This document shows positions 61,473 to 64,000 of a DNA stretch of 64,000 bases, piece after piece. The first letter of the stretch is position 1. Each line of letters opens with the position of its first letter. The notes beneath the pieces are model-generated. The model saw only the letters and a program-made list of their open reading frames with translations, was not told where the DNA came from and searched no databases. The stretch spans positions 27,757 through 91,756 of the forward strand of contig JAWOBN010000073.1 of NCBI GenBank assembly GCA_046484245.1, given 5' to 3'. This DNA is from a bacterium (GTDB taxonomy: Bacteria > Hydrothermota > 32-111). The translations under genes and the position numbers were made by a program.

Positions 61473-62587
61473 ATAATATAATTAGACTCAAAGATGTATC
61501 CCTCTCATATATAATCAGGACAGGCATATTTTCATCAAGGAAGATATCAGTATTGAATAATATTGATCTTGATATTGAAGAGGGCAGCATGGTCTCCTTA
61601 ATAGGTTTCAATGGTGCAGGCAAGACATCACTGCTGTCAATGATTGCCGGGATTATGCCTCCTGACAGGGGCAGTGTAATTGTCAATGGAAGGACTGTCC
61701 CGTTCCTCGGACTGGGAATAGGTTTCAATCCGGAGCTCACAGCAGAGGAAAATGTGTATCTCTATGGTGCTATAATGGGAATTTCAAGAAGCAGGGTCAA
61801 ATCACTCTACAATTCCATTGTCTCATTTGCCGAAATGGAAGAGTTCATGGATCTGAAGATAAAGGAATTCTCCAGCGGCATGTATGTGCGTCTCGGATTT
61901 TCCGTTGCAATACACACAAGTCCGGAAATACTTATTATTGATGAAGTCCTTGCAGTAGGTGATTTCGCATTTCAGAGGAAATGCCTCAACAAGATCATGG
62001 AATTGAAGAAGAACAACATAACCATACTCTTTGTCTCGCATGATATGGGCCTTGTTTCCAGATTCTCCGACAGGGTTATTCTCCTGGACAGGGGAGTAGT
62101 CAAGGGTGACGGTGAACCGAAGAATATTGTGGAAGAATTTATCCGGATGAAGTCCGATATGCCGGAAGTCAATGCAAACAGGAGGGGAAGCCGGGAGGTG
62201 CGTATTGAGAGTATTTCAATTGACGGAGACAGTATATTCAGTAAAGGCGACACAGTCAATCTGAAGATAGAGTATGAAAACAGGGCTGATATTGACAAGG
62301 CAATAGCGGGGTTTTCACTGTATAATGACCGCGGTCTTCTTATTGCAGGTCCCAATACCTATGATAATACAGGGCAGCTGATAGGATTGAAGCAGTCGGG
62401 CATCATAAAGGCGTCATTTGATACTGCAATGCTCAATCCGGGGCATTACTTTGTCACTGTGGGTATTTACGACAGGTCAAACAGATTTGCATTTGATCAC
62501 ATTGATTATGCAGAGAGTTTCCGCATTGAGGGCAATGCGCGTGATTATCTCGGGAGCATTGACCTGAATGTTCAATGGGAAATATGA
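61469..62587 (+). CDS. wzt: Polysaccharide ABC transporter ATPase with C-terminal Wzt_C domain
   Basis: GFNGAGKT, FSSGMYVRLGF, IDEVLAVGD, VSHD. Confidence 0.93.
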   Translation: MNNIIRLKDVSLSYIIRTGIFSSRKISVLNNIDLDIEEGSMVSLIGFNGAGKTSLLSMIAGIMPPDRGSVIVNGRTVPFLGLGIGFNPELTAEENVYLYGAIMGISRSRVKSLYNSIVSFAEMEEFMDLKIKEFSSGMYVRLGFSVAIHTSPEILIIDEVLAVGDFAFQRKCLNKIMELKKNNITILFVSHDMGLVSRFSDRVILLDRGVVKGDGEPKNIVEEFIRMKSDMPEVNANRRGSREVRIESISIDGDSIFSKGDTVNLKIEYENRADIDKAIAGFSLYNDRGLLIAGPNTYDNTGQLIGLKQSGIIKASFDTAMLNPGHYFVTVGIYDRSNRFAFDHIDYAESFRIEGNARDYLGSIDLNVQWEI

Positions 62588-63789
62588 ATAGAATTGCATG
62601 GGTCAGCCCATATCCGCCATTCAGATCCGGCCTGTCTGTCTATTCCGGGGAGATGGTTGATTATCTTAACAGTATTTCAGACAATGTTTATATTAAGGTA
62701 TCCCCCTTTGTATCATCCGGGCAGCAGTATATCGGAGATATCAATCCGGATGATTTTGACACAATTATATACAATATCGGCAATCATCCCTCCAATAGCC
62801 TGATCTACTCCTATGCTTTGAAATACCCGGGTTATGTGATACTCCATGACATCAATCTGCATGACCTGATTATTCACAGGACTTACAAGAGAAAATCTTA
62901 TCTGAAGTACATCAATCTTCTGCTCAATGAAGAAGCAGGCAGGAATACCATAAAGCATGCAGTCAACATGGGGATTGATGAAACTGTCAGAAAACAGTTC
63001 AATATGCTGAAGGAACTGGCATGTTCAGGCAGCAGATTCATTGTACACAGCAGATTTGCACTTGAGACACTGAAGGATATCAGTAATGATATTGAAGCAA
63101 TACATATCAATCATTTCTCTTCCTGGTATGATTATAATGAACCCAGGTTCAGCAGTAATACTGTAATAGGCATTTTCGGGCATATCTCAGGTGAAAGGCA
63201 TCTCAGCACAATTATTGAGGCATTCAATCAATTCATAAGTGACAATAATCTGGATTACCAATTGCTCATCGTGGGTTCTGACACTGACAATACACTTGAT
63301 ACAATCACGGAGAGTGATAATATAAATATAATAACAGATGCTGATGATGAGGAGTTTTTGAAGTATATGCGGTCAATTGATGCAGGCATACATCTGAGAT
63401 ATCCGGGGTGCGGGGAGATGTCAGGCAATCTTATAAAACTGATGGGATACGGCAAACCTGTGCTTGTAAACAGGGATAAATCATTTTCTGAAATAGATTC
63501 CGAAGCTGTATTCTTTACAGAGAGCTCTGATATGGCTTCAGGCATTATGCGTTTTCTCAGTGCAATATATCACAATCCCGGCCTGCTCAAAAAAACAGGA
63601 CTCAATGCCTATAATCTGATAAGACGGGAGTACAGTATTGAAAGCATCGCACCTGTAATTAATTCATGGATTGACAGGCAGAAGGCACATGAGAGATGCT
63701 GTATTGTTGAGAAGCATTCAATAGGAGAGATGGTCAGTATTATCGGCATAAAGGGATTGTATAATTTAATGTCGCGGGGGGTTGTATGA
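62575..63789 (+). CDS. Glycosyltransferase, GT4-like (start may be 62584)
   Basis: VSPYPP.RSGLS.Y, YNIGN...H, ILHD, LRYPGCGEMSG. Confidence 0.85.
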   Translation: MGNMNRIAWVSPYPPFRSGLSVYSGEMVDYLNSISDNVYIKVSPFVSSGQQYIGDINPDDFDTIIYNIGNHPSNSLIYSYALKYPGYVILHDINLHDLIIHRTYKRKSYLKYINLLLNEEAGRNTIKHAVNMGIDETVRKQFNMLKELACSGSRFIVHSRFALETLKDISNDIEAIHINHFSSWYDYNEPRFSSNTVIGIFGHISGERHLSTIIEAFNQFISDNNLDYQLLIVGSDTDNTLDTITESDNINIITDADDEEFLKYMRSIDAGIHLRYPGCGEMSGNLIKLMGYGKPVLVNRDKSFSEIDSEAVFFTESSDMASGIMRFLSAIYHNPGLLKKTGLNAYNLIRREYSIESIAPVINSWIDRQKAHERCCIVEKHSIGEMVSIIGIKGLYNLMSRGVV

Positions 63790-64000
63790 ATATTCTGATT
63801 TTTGGAGGCAAGGGTTTGCTCGGTTCATATCTGAGAAGGGTGCTGGGTGAGCAGCATACAGTATCAGCACCTTCAAAAGAGGCTTTGAATATATCCGATA
63901 CCAGAGCAATAGAGGAGTACCTCAATACCCATTCCATAGATTATATAATCAATGCTGCAGGAATGACCAATGTTTACATGTGCGAGAAGAAGAGGGAGAA
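63786..64000 (+). CDS. rfbD: dTDP-4-dehydrorhamnose reductase-like SDR (3'-truncated)
   Basis: MNILIFGGKGLLGS...INAAGMTNV..CE; not listed in the ORF track. Confidence 0.8.
   Translation, partial: MNILIFGGKGLLGSYLRRVLGEQHTVSAPSKEALNISDTRAIEEYLNTHSIDYIINAAGMTNVYMCEKKRE

Overview
Gene-dense, AT-rich bacterial chromosomal window with no phage, CRISPR array or transposase gene. The PorU/PorV-like pair and T9SS-type C-terminal domains suggest an FCB-related or WOR-3-like lineage, which is inference only. Contents in order: a C25 peptidase (PorU-like)/PorV-like/holA/Wzx-Wzy glycan locus; transporters and oligopeptidase B; GGDEF-NTPase-TPR, hslV, hslU, hisS, aspS, def; envelope TPR/DUF4388 genes; tRNA-Leu, tig, clpP, clpX, lon, ktrBA and a multi-sensor kinase/response-regulator module; DUF58/BatA-like genes; and the start of a wzm-wzt-GT-rfbD locus. 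The most striking unexplained structure is non-coding. Four intergenic regions each carry an element of exactly 158 bp: 35-bp inverted arms that co-vary within each copy, around an 88-bp AT-rich core holding two positionally fixed TAWNT-N4-TTATT-N5-RYTTA boxes. Extra orphan or nested arms and a conserved flanking linker accompany them. Also notable: ten sigma70-like promoters with a 16-bp spacer (four apparently leaderless), apparent TCGA avoidance, and several pseudo-enzymes. All calls come from visual motif recognition; no database searches were run.
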